A DNA stretch of 64,000 bases from Methanobacteriota archaeon (GTDB taxonomy: Archaea; Thermoplasmatota; Thermoplasmata; RBG-16-68-12): positions 7,634 through 71,633 of the forward strand of contig VBLZ01000097.1 in the NCBI GenBank assembly GCA_005878515.1, given 5' to 3'. The notes below the pieces were generated by a model. It made no database searches. It was not told where the DNA came from and saw nothing but the letters and a program-made list of their open reading frames with translations. Shown here piece by piece: positions 19,454 to 28,454 of the stretch; positions within the stretch are counted from its first letter, which is position 1, and every line of letters starts with the position of its first letter. A program made the position numbers and the translations under genes.

Positions 19454-19987
19454 TCACGCTGCGCGCTTCGCAATCATCTGCGCGAGCTTCGCGAACGCGA
19501 CCTCGACGTTCTCGCCGGTCTTCGCGGACGTGAACAAGAACGGGGCCTCGTGCGCCTCCGCCGCGCTCTGCACGTCGGCCTTCGTAATCGCCATCTGGTT
19601 CTTCAGATCCGCCTTGTTCGCCAGGAATTCGATCGGGACGTTCCCGGTGACCTTTATCACGGCGGCGACCCAATCCTCGAGGTCATCGAGCGTCTCCTTC
19701 CGCGTCACATCGCACACCGCGAGGACGCCCTGGGCCCCGTGGAAGTACGCTTCTTTGAGCAATTCGCGGAAGCCTTTCTCGCCCATGATATCCCAGATCG
19801 TCATGTCGACGTCCATGCCGCCGTTCGCGCCGTCGACCTTGATCTCTTTCTTCGAGACCTTCGCGCCGAGCGTGGAGATGTATCGGTCGTCGAACTGGTC
19901 CTGGATGAACCTCCGGATCAGGCACGTCTTGCCGACTGCGCCCTCTCCGACGAGGCAGACCTTGACTTTCATCTTTTGGCGGTCCAT
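19454..19987 (-). CDS. Ras/Rab-like small GTPase (paralog 1)
   Basis: G1 motif GEGAVGKT, switch-I Thr (STLGAK), G3 WDIMGEKG, G4 NKAD and G5 SAK are all present. The protein is 177 aa. Confidence 0.9.
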   Translation of the reverse strand: MDRQKMKVKVCLVGEGAVGKTCLIRRFIQDQFDDRYISTLGAKVSKKEIKVDGANGGMDVDMTIWDIMGEKGFRELLKEAYFHGAQGVLAVCDVTRKETLDDLEDWVAAVIKVTGNVPIEFLANKADLKNQMAITKADVQSAAEAHEAPFLFTSAKTGENVEVAFAKLAQMIAKRAA

Positions 19988-20027
19988 CAGAATCCCTAGA
20001 GCCGGTGCGTCGCTCGCACACGTCTCA

Positions 20028-20038
20028 GGTTATAAAGG
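20028..20038 (-). promoter_or_regulatory. TATA-like element upstream of GTPase paralog 1
   Basis: The plus-strand sequence ggttataaagg (minus strand cctttataacc) lies about 45 nt upstream of the ATG at 19987. Confidence 0.35.
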
Positions 20039-20102
20039 CGTTGCCCATCGGTTATCTATCGAGATAATGGCGGGGGCTCGGAGGGCTTGCGCCTCGATGG
20101 CG

Positions 20103-20642
20103 TCACTCGTTTCCGCGGTTCCCGATCGCATCGGCGAGGGCGCGGAACGCCTCGGCCACGCCGGCCCCGGTCTTCGCCGACGCGAGGAACTGAGGTGCGC
20201 TGTGGATCGACCCCATCCGGCCGAGTTCTTCCTGGCTCACGACGAGCCGCTCGGTCAGGTCCATCTTGTTCCCGAGGAACACCATCGGGACGTTGCCGAC
20301 CTGCTTTCGGATCATCTGGACCCAGTTGTTGAGATCGTAAAACGTATCCTTCCGCGTGAGGTCGCAGACCGCGATCACGCCTTGGGAGCCTTCGAAGTAC
20401 GCGTCGCGGAGTAAGGCCCGGAATCCCTTTTCGCCCATGATGTCCCAGACCATCATGTCGAGCGTCGCGGGGGCGCCCTTCCAAACGACATCGACCGACT
20501 TCTTCGTGACCTTCGTGCCGACCGTGGCGATGTACCGGTCGTCGAACTGGTCTTGAACGAACCGCTTGATGAGAGAGGTCTTGCCGACCGCGACATCCCC
20601 GACGAGGCAGACCTTGGCCTTGAGATGCTTCTGGCCAGCCAT
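20103..20642 (-). CDS. Ras/Rab-like small GTPase (paralog 2)
   Basis: Motifs GDVAVGKT / WDIMGEKG / GNKMD / SAK are present. The start was chosen at MAGQKHLKAKVCLVGD by alignment with the two other paralogs. Confidence 0.9.
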   Translation of the reverse strand: MAGQKHLKAKVCLVGDVAVGKTSLIKRFVQDQFDDRYIATVGTKVTKKSVDVVWKGAPATLDMMVWDIMGEKGFRALLRDAYFEGSQGVIAVCDLTRKDTFYDLNNWVQMIRKQVGNVPMVFLGNKMDLTERLVVSQEELGRMGSIHSAPQFLASAKTGAGVAEAFRALADAIGNRGNE

Positions 20643-20722
20643 CGTGGACGTCGCCATCACGGGCCACCCATCGAGCGCGGTCTTATGTACCGTGCAGACG
20701 CGAGTATCGCCCCTGATAATTC

Positions 20723-21286
20723 TTACTCTTCAGGGAGCACTTTTCGCGCGTAACGCTCCTTCGCGACCCGCTCGGCAAGGGACTGGAACGCATTCTCGAC
20801 GTTGACGCCGGCCTTCGCCGACGTGAAGTGGAACGGACTGTCGTAGGCGCGGGCGGCCTGGACCATGTCGTCCTCGCTGATCTGAATCTGGTCCTTCAAG
20901 TCGATCTTGTTGCCGAGGAACTCGATCGGAATCTTGCCCGTGACACTGTAGACGCCCTCGATCCAGTCGTCGAGGTCTTCGAGGGTCTTCTTCCGGGTGA
21001 CGTCGCAGACCGCAAGGATCCCGCGGGCGCCGTAGAAGTACGCCTCCTTGAGCAGCTCGCGGAAGCCTTTCTGGCCCATGATATCCCAGATTGTCATGTC
21101 GATCTTCAATTCGCCCGAGCCGTCCGGCGACGAGGAGGTGAGCTCCTTCTTTGAGACCTTCGTGCCGAGCGTCTGGATGTACTTATCATCGAAGTTCTCC
21201 AGCACGAATCGGCGGATGAGAGAGGTCTTGCCAACTGCAGCCTCACCAACGAGGCAAACTTTCACTTTCATCCGCTTGACTTCCAT
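20723..21286 (-). CDS. Ras/Rab-like small GTPase (paralog 3)
   Basis: Motifs GEAAVGKT / WDIMGQKG / GNKID / SAK are present. The protein is 187 aa. Confidence 0.9.
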   Translation of the reverse strand: MEVKRMKVKVCLVGEAAVGKTSLIRRFVLENFDDKYIQTLGTKVSKKELTSSSPDGSGELKIDMTIWDIMGQKGFRELLKEAYFYGARGILAVCDVTRKKTLEDLDDWIEGVYSVTGKIPIEFLGNKIDLKDQIQISEDDMVQAARAYDSPFHFTSAKAGVNVENAFQSLAERVAKERYARKVLPEE

Positions 21287-21460
21287 GAAGAACCGCCCAG
21301 CGACGTGGCATAGCCTGCGAAGCCCGCTTAAAAGTTATGGGAGTGTTATCACCGACGATACATCGGAACCCGCTCGCCATGAGTGATGCGTGTCCGTGCG
21401 CCTCGCGCGTGGCGAAAGGTTTTGTATTTTCCGCGTCATGTCGTCGACGAAGGCGCGACG

Positions 21461-21625
21461 ATGTGTGACGAATACTACGACGCGCGCATGAAAGCGTTCT
21501 GGCGGGCTCTCGCGGAAGAGGACGAACGAGCGATCGACGAGGAAGAGGAAAAACCGATCGCGCAGCCGATTGTCCTCGAGATCGCCGAGCCACACAAACC
21601 GAAACAGAAACCGCTCGCCCGCTGA
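21461..21625 (+). CDS. Small acidic hypothetical protein (54 aa)
   Basis: Translation reads MCDEYYDARMKAFWRALAEEDERAIDEEEEKPIAQPIVLEIAEPHKPKQKPLAR. A TATA-like element, ggttttgtattttcc, lies about 30 nt upstream. The ORF is followed by nested hairpins. Confidence 0.35.
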   Translation: MCDEYYDARMKAFWRALAEEDERAIDEEEEKPIAQPIVLEIAEPHKPKQKPLAR

Positions 21626-21684
21626 ACCGCTCGAGACGGACGCCCGCGACCGAATTCCCCGGGAGGCGGAGCCTCCGTCTCCAA

Positions 21685-21698
21685 AGAATTATATACGT
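21685..21698 (+). promoter_or_regulatory. Strong TATA box; candidate promoter of the ribosomal-protein superoperon
   Basis: The sequence ccaaagaattatatacgtcc is the best TATA match in the window. It is preceded by a purine-rich BRE-like stretch, and a roughly 175-nt leader follows before rpl3. Confidence 0.5.
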
Positions 21699-21874
21699 CC
21701 CCTCCATAGAGACGGCCCAACGCGTCGACCAGACGCCCCCGGGCAATCCCTTCGTGGATCCCGGAAATGCGGGCCCGATTCTTCTGGCCTCGCAGGCAGC
21801 GTCACGGTGTCGCGACCGAACGCCCGCGGCTCATCGTACGCGAGGAGAGACCACTCTCCGCGGAGGAGTGGCCA

Positions 21875-22879
21875 GTGCCGAAGGAACACCGACCGAGACA
21901 CGGATCGATGGGCTTTTCGCCCCGCAAGCGGAGCGAGAGCCCGATTCCGCACTTCTCGAGCTGGCCGGACGTGGACGGCGGCACGCCTCGGCTCCAAGGA
22001 TTCGCCGGCTACAAGGCGGGCATGACGCACGCGATTGTCGTCGACTACCGACCGACCTCGACGACCTCGGGCCAAGAGGTCCAGGTCCCCGTGACGGTCG
22101 TCGAGGTGCCGCCAATGCGGGTCGCCGCCGTCCGATTGTACCGGCGCGTGCCGGAAGGGCTCAAGACCGCCGCGGAGGTGTGGGCGGCTCAACTCGAGAA
22201 GGAGCTTCGCCGCGTCTTCCCGATCCCGAAAGACTACGACGCGGAGGAAGCCTGGTCGAAGGTCGACGCGGCCGCCATCGACGAGGTTCGGGTTATCACG
22301 TACACGCAGCCGTCGCTCGTCACCGGCGTCCCGAAGAAGAAGCCGGACCTGATGGAAAATCGGGTGGGCGGCGGATCGATCGAGGACCGGATCAAGTACG
22401 CACGCGGACTCCTGGGAAAGGAGATTCCCGTCACCGAATTTTGCCGCGAGGGTTCGATGGTCGACGTCGCGGCGATCACGAAGGGGAAAGGCTGGAAGGG
22501 CCACCACACGCGCTGGGGCACGCGTCTCCTGAGTCACAAGAACTCGAAGCACCGACGGAACATCGGAACGCTCGGGAATTTCCAGCCCGGGTACGTCCGC
22601 CCGACCGTGCCGCAAGGGGGCCAGTTCGGCTACCATCAACGGACGGAGTACAACAAGAGGATCCTGAAAATCGGAGACAAGGCGGACGAGGTCACGCCGG
22701 AGGGAGGCTTCCTCCATTACGGGAATCTGCGGAATCCGTTCGTCCTGCTGCATGGATCGATTCCGGGGCCAACGAAGCGCCTTATTCGATTCCGCGATGC
22801 GGCTCGCGGCGGATACGTGAAGCTCGAGAAATCCCCGGACCTCACGTACATCTCCCGCCAATCGAAGCAGGGGGTGTGA
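21875..22879 (+). CDS. rpl3: Ribosomal protein L3
   Basis: VPKEHRPRHGSMGFSPRKRSE… is the archaeal L3 N-terminus. The GTG start at 21875 has a GGAGGAG sequence 7 nt upstream. Confidence 0.9.
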   Translation: MPKEHRPRHGSMGFSPRKRSESPIPHFSSWPDVDGGTPRLQGFAGYKAGMTHAIVVDYRPTSTTSGQEVQVPVTVVEVPPMRVAAVRLYRRVPEGLKTAAEVWAAQLEKELRRVFPIPKDYDAEEAWSKVDAAAIDEVRVITYTQPSLVTGVPKKKPDLMENRVGGGSIEDRIKYARGLLGKEIPVTEFCREGSMVDVAAITKGKGWKGHHTRWGTRLLSHKNSKHRRNIGTLGNFQPGYVRPTVPQGGQFGYHQRTEYNKRILKIGDKADEVTPEGGFLHYGNLRNPFVLLHGSIPGPTKRLIRFRDAARGGYVKLEKSPDLTYISRQSKQGV

Positions 22880-22883
22880 CGGC

Positions 22884-23828
22884 ATGGCGGATCCCGAGGA
22901 CAAGAAGGGCACCGCGGGATCCGCGGACGCCAAGCCGGCCCCGAAACGCCGCATACGGGCTCCGAAGGCCGCGAAACCGACGAAGGCCGCGAAGGCGGCG
23001 AGGGCCACTCAAGAGAAGGAGACGAAACGAGAGGCGCCCGCGGTCAAGCCCGGTCAAGTTCACGTCTACTCCCTCGACGGCGACATCATCAAGACGGTCG
23101 AACTCCCGACGGTCTTCCGATCCGATGTCCGCCTCGATCTGATTCGGCGGGCGGTGACCGCATTCCAAGCGAACCGTCGACAACCCTACGGGCCCTCGCC
23201 GATGGCGGGGATGCATCACTCCGTCCGCTGGTCGGGGAAGGGGAAAGGCGTGTCGCGGGTCCCGCGTCTCCGCGGCACGATGACCGGGGCGCAAGCGCCC
23301 GGGACGGTCGGTGGCCGCCGAGCGCATCCCCCTCGCCCGGACAAGGTGTGGGTCAAGAAGGTCAACGAACAGGAACGGCGGCTGGCTCGCAACGCCGCGA
23401 TCGCGGCCGTGAAGGATCCTCGGATGGTCGCATCGCGCGGCCACCGATTCCCGGAGGACATCACGCTCCCCGTGGTGATCGAGGACGGAATCGAGACGCT
23501 CACGCCGGATAGCGGCGCGACCCGCGAGGGCCTGAAGATCCTCAATCACCTCGGCCTCCTACCCGACGTGGAACGCGCGAAAGACGGACGACACATCCGC
23601 GCCGGCCGCGGGAAGATGCGCGGGCGGCGGTACCGCCAGCCCCGGAGCGTCCTCGTGGTCGTGAAAGAAGCCGGAAACGTCCGGCGGCTCCTGGGAAATC
23701 TTCCCGGCGTCGAGGTCGTGAACCCCGCGGCCTTGAACGCGGAGGTCCTCGCGCCGGGAGGCGACCCCGGACGACTCACGGTTTTCAGCGAAGGGGCGCT
23801 CGAGATCCTCAGGAGCTGGCCGACATGA
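22884..23828 (+). CDS. rpl4: Ribosomal protein L4 (L1e) with a roughly 55-aa Lys/Ala-rich N-terminal extension
   Basis: The core …VHVYSLDGDIIKTVELPTVF… onward is L4. The N-terminal MADPEDKKGTAGSADAKPAPKRRIRAPKAAKPTKAAKAARATQEKETKREAPAVKPG has no alternative start downstream of it. Confidence 0.9.
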   Translation: MADPEDKKGTAGSADAKPAPKRRIRAPKAAKPTKAAKAARATQEKETKREAPAVKPGQVHVYSLDGDIIKTVELPTVFRSDVRLDLIRRAVTAFQANRRQPYGPSPMAGMHHSVRWSGKGKGVSRVPRLRGTMTGAQAPGTVGGRRAHPPRPDKVWVKKVNEQERRLARNAAIAAVKDPRMVASRGHRFPEDITLPVVIEDGIETLTPDSGATREGLKILNHLGLLPDVERAKDGRHIRAGRGKMRGRRYRQPRSVLVVVKEAGNVRRLLGNLPGVEVVNPAALNAEVLAPGGDPGRLTVFSEGALEILRSWPT

Positions 23829-24106
23829 AGCCCCACGAGATCCTCATCCATCCGTACGTCACAGAGAAGACGCTCAACATGCTGCAGGGCACGCCGGCGC
23901 AGAACCTGAAGGACGGCAATCGCCTCGAATTCCTCGTGCGGCGAGAAGCGACGCGCTCAGAGGTCAAGAAGGCTTTCGAAGAGCTCTTCGAGGTGAAGGT
24001 CGCGAAGGTCAACACGTTCGTCCGGAAGGACGGGAAGCATGCGATCATCAAGTTGAAGGCAGGCTTCTCCGCGGAGGAGATCGGCATGCGGATCGGGGTG
24101 TTTTGA
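23825..24106 (+). CDS. rpl23: Ribosomal protein L23
   Basis: A 93-aa protein with MKPHEILIHPYVTEKTLNMLQ… It overlaps the L4 stop by 4 nt. Confidence 0.95.
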   Translation: MKPHEILIHPYVTEKTLNMLQGTPAQNLKDGNRLEFLVRREATRSEVKKAFEELFEVKVAKVNTFVRKDGKHAIIKLKAGFSAEEIGMRIGVF

Positions 24107-24939
24107 TGGGGAAGAATCTTCGTTCCCAGCGACGCGGTCGCGGCACCTCGCCGACCTACCGCTCCCCGAGCCATCGTCATCCGGGCCTCGTCACCTATCC
24201 GCGCTTCCGCGGTGCGGGTGTGGTCACTGATATCTTCCAGGCGCCCGGTCACACGGCGCCCCTCGCGCGCGTTCGATTCGGCAGTCAAGAGGTCCTCATG
24301 ATTGCCTGCGACGGACTCTCGATTGGTCAACCGGTCACCCACGGCATGCCGAACGTGGACCGCGGGAACACGTTGCCCCTCCGCGAGATTCCGGAAGGCA
24401 CGTTGGTCTACAACATCGAAGCGATGCCCGGGGACGGAGGGAAGTTCGTGCGGGCTGCCGGAACGCAGGCCGTCGTCGTCAGCCAAGCCGAACGCACGGT
24501 GGTCCAGCTTCCCTCGGGACAGTTCCACACGTTCCACCCGGATTGCCGCGCGACGATCGGCGCGGTCGCGGGTGCCGGCCGCGGTGACAAGCCCTTCACG
24601 AAAGCGGGCAAGAAGTGGTTCTCGTACCGCTCCTTCAGCAAGCCCGCATTCAACGTGCGCGGCGTTGCGATGAACCCCGTGGACCATCCGCACGGCGGCG
24701 GATCCCACCAGCACGTCGGGAAGCCGTCGACCGTGGGGTATGACGCTCCTCCCGGCCGGAAGGTCGGCCGGAACGTGCGCGGCGTTGCGATGAACCCCGT
24801 GGACCATCCGCACGGCGGCGGATCCCACCAGCACGTCGGGAAGCCGTCGACCGTGGGGTATGACGCTCCTCCCGGCCGGAAGGTCGGCCGGATGTCCCCG
24901 AAGCCGAAGCGGCTGAAGCTGAAACGACGGAGGTCCTGA
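24103..24939 (+). CDS. rpl2: Ribosomal protein L2 carrying an internal 40-aa tandem duplication
   Basis: The L2 signature …NVRGVAMNPVDHPHGGGSHQHVGKPSTVGYDAPPGRKVGR occurs twice in succession. The protein is 278 aa against an expected length of about 238. Confidence 0.9.
   Translation: MMGKNLRSQRRGRGTSPTYRSPSHRHPGLVTYPRFRGAGVVTDIFQAPGHTAPLARVRFGSQEVLMIACDGLSIGQPVTHGMPNVDRGNTLPLREIPEGTLVYNIEAMPGDGGKFVRAAGTQAVVVSQAERTVVQLPSGQFHTFHPDCRATIGAVAGAGRGDKPFTKAGKKWFSYRSFSKPAFNVRGVAMNPVDHPHGGGSHQHVGKPSTVGYDAPPGRKVGRNVRGVAMNPVDHPHGGGSHQHVGKPSTVGYDAPPGRKVGRMSPKPKRLKLKRRRS
24652..24891 (+). repeat. Perfect 2 x 120-bp tandem direct repeat inside rpl2
   Basis: Positions 24652-24771 and 24772-24891 are identical base for base (aacgtgcgcggcgttgcgatgaaccccgtggaccatccgcacggcggcggatcccaccagcacgtcgggaagccgtcgaccgtggggtatgacgctcctcccggccggaaggtcggccgg). 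The repeat is in frame. Confidence 0.95.
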
Positions 24940-24941
24940 CG

Positions 24942-25409
24942 ATGGCGAGGAAGCAGATGGGCGGCCTGGCCAAGGCCGCGCGACGGAAGCTGCGGAAGCG
25001 CGCGGGCCTGGTCGAGACCCGGCGCAAGAAGGAGTTCACGTACCGTGGGTACACGCTCGATGAGATGAAGGCGATGACGCTCGAAGAGATCATCGAGCTC
25101 CTGCCCGCCCGACCGCGGCGGTCGTTCATGCGCGGGATTGACGAGGAACGCTTCACGTTCGTCGAGAAGGTCCGCGCGAACGGGACCGAGGAGGCCGTGC
25201 GCACACACTGCCGCGACGTCCCGATCCTCCCGGACTTCATCGGGAAGAAGGTCGCGGTCCACAACGGGAAGGAGTTCGTGACGGTCGAGATCAAGGCGGA
25301 GATGATCGGGCATTACATCGGCGAGTTCGCCATGACGCGGAAGCCGGTCACGCACAGCGGACCCGGCGTCGGGGCGACGCGATCGTCGAAGTTCATGCCG
25401 CTGAAATGA
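24942..25409 (+). CDS. rps19: Ribosomal protein S19
   Basis: Translation reads …PILPDFIGKKVAVHNGKEFVTVEIKAEMIGHYIGEFAMTRKPVTHSGPG…. Confidence 0.95.
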   Translation: MARKQMGGLAKAARRKLRKRAGLVETRRKKEFTYRGYTLDEMKAMTLEEIIELLPARPRRSFMRGIDEERFTFVEKVRANGTEEAVRTHCRDVPILPDFIGKKVAVHNGKEFVTVEIKAEMIGHYIGEFAMTRKPVTHSGPGVGATRSSKFMPLK

Positions 25410-25416
25410 GGGTCGC

Positions 25417-25872
25417 ATGTCGAAGTTCGGGTACACGGTCGAATACAAGATCGAGACGATGGCCCGAGCCTACGGCCGAGAGCTCCCGCTCGCCTGGAAG
25501 AAGTCCGTCGAGCTCGCCCGCCAACTGCGCGGGAAGACGGTCGACCAGGCGCGCGAATACCTCGAGAAAGTGATCGCCCTGAAGCAACCGGTGCCGATGA
25601 AAAAATACAAACGCTGGGTCGCGCACAAGGCGGGCACCGGCCCGGCCCGCTATCCGGTGAAAGCGGCGAAGGCCTTCCTCAAGATCCTCGAGAGCGCGGT
25701 CGCGAACGCGGAGTTCACCGGGAAAGAAGATCCCGACGCGATGGTCATCCGCGTGATCAACGCCCACAAAGGGGCGACGACGAAAGGCTTTCGCCCGCGC
25801 GCGTACGGGCGAAGCGGTCCGTGGAACCAGGACACCGTGAACCTCGAGATCGTCCTCGAAGAGGTGGCATGA
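25417..25872 (+). CDS. rpl22: Ribosomal protein L22
   Basis: Translation reads MSKFGYTVEYKIETMARAYGRELPLAWKKSVELARQLRGK…. Confidence 0.95.
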   Translation: MSKFGYTVEYKIETMARAYGRELPLAWKKSVELARQLRGKTVDQAREYLEKVIALKQPVPMKKYKRWVAHKAGTGPARYPVKAAKAFLKILESAVANAEFTGKEDPDAMVIRVINAHKGATTKGFRPRAYGRSGPWNQDTVNLEIVLEEVA

Positions 25873-25873
25873 G

Positions 25874-26758
25874 ATGCCGGCGGAAGCGAAGGTCAACCGG
25901 AAGGACAAGCGGATCATCGTCGAGAACGTCCGCCGCGTGCTGTTGAAGGAATACCTGATGAACGAGACGCGCCGCGCCGGCTTCGGCGGCCTCGATATCC
26001 AACGGACGCCGATGGGGACTCGGGTCACGCTCTTGGCCGAGCGCCCGGGCCTGGTGATCGGCCGAAAAGGCGGCGCGATCAAGGCCCTCACGGAGGCGGT
26101 CGAACAACGGTTCCGGTTCGACAACCCGCAGATCGAAGTCCAGGAGGTTGCGAGCCCCGCGCTGAATGCGCAGATCATGGCCGAGAAGCTGGCCAACGCC
26201 CTCGAACGAGGCTGGCACTTCCGGCGCGCGGGTCACTCGACCGTGCGGCGGATCATGGAGGCCGGCGCGAAGGGGTGCCTCGTCGTGATCGCCGGCAAGC
26301 TCACCGGCCAGCGGCATCGGACGGAGAAGTTCAAGGCGGGCCACATCAAGTACTGCGGAGAACCGCGGAACCTCTGGATGGACCTCGGGTTCGCGTCCGC
26401 GAAGTTGAAACCCGGGATCATCGGCGTCACGGTCGAGATCATGGATCCGCGGGCAAAGCTTCCCGACGAGGTGGAGATCAAGAAGCCGACGGCCGAATAC
26501 CTCGCCGCCGCAGCCGCCGCAGCGCTCGAACCGGTTGCGGCACCGGAGCCGTTGGTCGAGGTCGCGGCCGTGGCCGGACCCGGGAGCGAAGAGTCCGTCG
26601 AAGAGCCCGAACCGCTCATCGTCCCGGAGGAGCCGGATCCGGCGAAGAAGGTCAAGAAGAGCAAAGTCGCGACGAAGCGGTTGAAGAAGGTCGCCAAACA
26701 GGTGAGCGAACTCGGCGTCGACGTCGAGGTGGGGACGGAAGGAGGCGACGAGACGTAA
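25874..26758 (+). CDS. rps3: Ribosomal protein S3 with an Ala/Glu/Lys-rich C-terminal extension
   Basis: The KH-domain core is …[15 protein letters not shown]… The C-terminus carries about 80 extra residues (…[16 protein letters not shown]…[16 protein letters not shown]…). Confidence 0.9.
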   Translation: MPAEAKVNRKDKRIIVENVRRVLLKEYLMNETRRAGFGGLDIQRTPMGTRVTLLAERPGLVIGRKGGAIKALTEAVEQRFRFDNPQIEVQEVASPALNAQIMAEKLANALERGWHFRRAGHSTVRRIMEAGAKGCLVVIAGKLTGQRHRTEKFKAGHIKYCGEPRNLWMDLGFASAKLKPGIIGVTVEIMDPRAKLPDEVEIKKPTAEYLAAAAAAALEPVAAPEPLVEVAAVAGPGSEESVEEPEPLIVPEEPDPAKKVKKSKVATKRLKKVAKQVSELGVDVEVGTEGGDET

Positions 26759-27024
26759 TGGCATTGCTCCGGACGAAGGAGATCCGCGCAATGGACGCGG
26801 AGACGATCGCGAAGAAGCTCACGGAACTTCGGGACGAGCTGATGCACGAACGAGGCGTCGCCGCCATGGGTGGCGCACCCCCGAACCCCGGCAAGATCCG
26901 CGCACTCCGCAAGAACATCGCCCGAATCCTGACGATCATGCGCGAGGAGGAACTGGCGGGAGGCGCGGGCACCCCGGGGAAAGCCCCGGCTGCGAAACCG
27001 GCGCCTGCGGGAGACGAGACGTGA
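26758..27024 (+). CDS. rpl29: Ribosomal protein L29
   Basis: [32 protein letters not shown]… The start overlaps the S3 stop (TAATG). There is a short Gly/Ala/Pro/Lys C-terminal tail. Confidence 0.9.
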   Translation: MALLRTKEIRAMDAETIAKKLTELRDELMHERGVAAMGGAPPNPGKIRALRKNIARILTIMREEELAGGAGTPGKAPAAKPAPAGDET

Positions 27025-27278
27025 TGGCGAACCTCCGGAAACACGAGCTCATCGGCCTTCGGGTGGAGGTCGTCGACGCGTCCGACCCGAGCCAGGAACA
27101 TGTCCGCGGGCGCGTCGTCGATGAGACGCGCAACATGCTCGTGGTCGAGGTGCAAGGGGAGGAAAAGCGGATCCCGAAGCATGGGAGCCGATTCCGTTTC
27201 GATGTCCCCGGCGGATTCGAAGTCGACGGAGACGAGATCCGATTCCGACCAGAAGACCGCGTGAAGAAGGCCCGGTGA
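27021..27278 (+). CDS. rnp1: RNase P protein component 1 (Rpp29/Pop4)
   Basis: [34 protein letters not shown] matches the Rpp29 Sm-like core. The gene sits in the conserved position between L29 and S17. Confidence 0.85.
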   Translation: MMANLRKHELIGLRVEVVDASDPSQEHVRGRVVDETRNMLVVEVQGEEKRIPKHGSRFRFDVPGGFEVDGDEIRFRPEDRVKKAR

Positions 27279-27284
27279 AACGAG

Positions 27285-27683
27285 ATGGCGGAAAAGAAAG
27301 CGCAGAAGAAACCGGTCGCCCCGGCCGCATCCGCCAAGCCGGTCCGCTCCGTCGCGCGCGACGTTGGGATCGACGTCCCGATCCCGACGGCGCCTTGCGC
27401 GGATCCGAAGTGTCCATTCCACGGCCGACTCCCCGTTCGCGGGCAGATGCTCGAAGGGGTCGTCGTGTCGACCCGGATGCAGAACACGGTCGTCATCGAG
27501 CGGCAGTATCTTCGGTATATCCGGAAGTACCAGCGGTACGAGAAGCGGACGCACCGCATGAACGTGCACGCGCCGCCGTGCCTCGGACTCCAGATCGGCC
27601 ATCGCGTCCTCGCGATGGAATGCCGGCCGCTCGGAAAGACGGTTCATTTCGTCGCGATTCACAACCAGGGGGTCGCCGGTTGA
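27285..27683 (+). CDS. rps17: Ribosomal protein S17 with a short Lys/Ala-rich N-terminal extension
   Basis: Translation reads …[47 protein letters not shown]…. Confidence 0.9.
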   Translation: MAEKKAQKKPVAPAASAKPVRSVARDVGIDVPIPTAPCADPKCPFHGRLPVRGQMLEGVVVSTRMQNTVVIERQYLRYIRKYQRYEKRTHRMNVHAPPCLGLQIGHRVLAMECRPLGKTVHFVAIHNQGVAG

Positions 27684-28078
27684 AGGGACTTCCCGGACGG
27701 CAGACGCGCGGCCTGCCGAAAGGCGCGCGCCTCGAGTGCATCGACAACACGGGGGCGAAGATCGTCGAAATCATCGAGGTCATGAAGTATCGCGGAGTCC
27801 GCAATCGGATCTCCAGCGCCGGGATCGCGGACCTCCTCGTTGTCACGGTCAAGAAAGGGACGCCGGCGACACGGAAGCAAATCATGAACGCGGTCATCGT
27901 CCGCCAACGCCGACCGTTTCGTCGGCCGGAAGGCATGATGGTCCAGTTCGAGGACAACGCATGCGTCATCGTGACCCCGGAAGGCGAGGTCAAAGGATCC
28001 GACATCAAAGGCCCCGTCGCTCGCGAGGCCGCAGAACGGTGGCCGCGGGTCGCCGCGACCGCGAGCATGATCGTGTGA
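27680..28078 (+). CDS. rpl14: Ribosomal protein L14
   Basis: [32 protein letters not shown]… The TTG start overlaps the S17 stop (TTGA), and no ATG is available. Confidence 0.85.
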   Translation: MKGLPGRQTRGLPKGARLECIDNTGAKIVEIIEVMKYRGVRNRISSAGIADLLVVTVKKGTPATRKQIMNAVIVRQRRPFRRPEGMMVQFEDNACVIVTPEGEVKGSDIKGPVAREAAERWPRVAATASMIV

Positions 28079-28081
28079 GGA

Positions 28082-28447
28082 TTGCCAATGTCGAGTACAC
28101 AACCTCGGACCCAGCGGAAACGGGCGGCGAACGCGCCGCTCCATACGAAACGGATCATGGCATCGTCTCATCTCGCGCCGGAGATCCACGACAAATCGAA
28201 GGCTCACCTCCCGCGGGCCCTGCCGGTCCGGAAAGGCGACACGGTCCGCATCATGCGGGGCGGCTTCCGCGGGAAAGAGGGAAAGGTCGTCTCGGTGGAC
28301 CGCGTCCACGGCACGGTCGTCATCGAGGGCATCACGATCGAGAAGGTCGACGAGAAGAAGGTCGCCCGGCCGCTGCATGCGTCGAACCTCCTGATCGTCC
28401 GGATGGACGACACGGATCCCTGGCGCCGGCGGAAGTTCGAGGAGTGA
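28082..28447 (+). CDS. rpl24: Ribosomal protein L24 (L26e)
   Basis: …LPVRKGDTVRIMRGGFRGKEGKVVSVDRVHGTVVIEGI… is the KOW motif. Confidence 0.9.
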   Translation: MPMSSTQPRTQRKRAANAPLHTKRIMASSHLAPEIHDKSKAHLPRALPVRKGDTVRIMRGGFRGKEGKVVSVDRVHGTVVIEGITIEKVDEKKVARPLHASNLLIVRMDDTDPWRRRKFEE

Positions 28448-28454
28448 TTCGCTC

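Noticed and set aside
19430-20414. Plus-strand ORFs of 189-326 aa overlapping the GTPase genes
   Set aside because: They are antisense to three GTPase genes with complete G1-G5 motifs. They have no motifs and a biased composition.
21689-23008. 439-aa minus ORF and other long minus ORFs across the ribosomal cluster (e.g. 22842-23549, 25757-26791, 26652-27662)
   Set aside because: They are antisense to a contiguous, motif-verified ribosomal-protein operon. They are GC-skew artefacts.
24408-25448. 346-aa minus ORF that also shows an internal repeat
   Set aside because: It is antisense to rpl2/rps19. Its repeat is simply the reverse-complement reading of the 120-bp rpl2 duplication.
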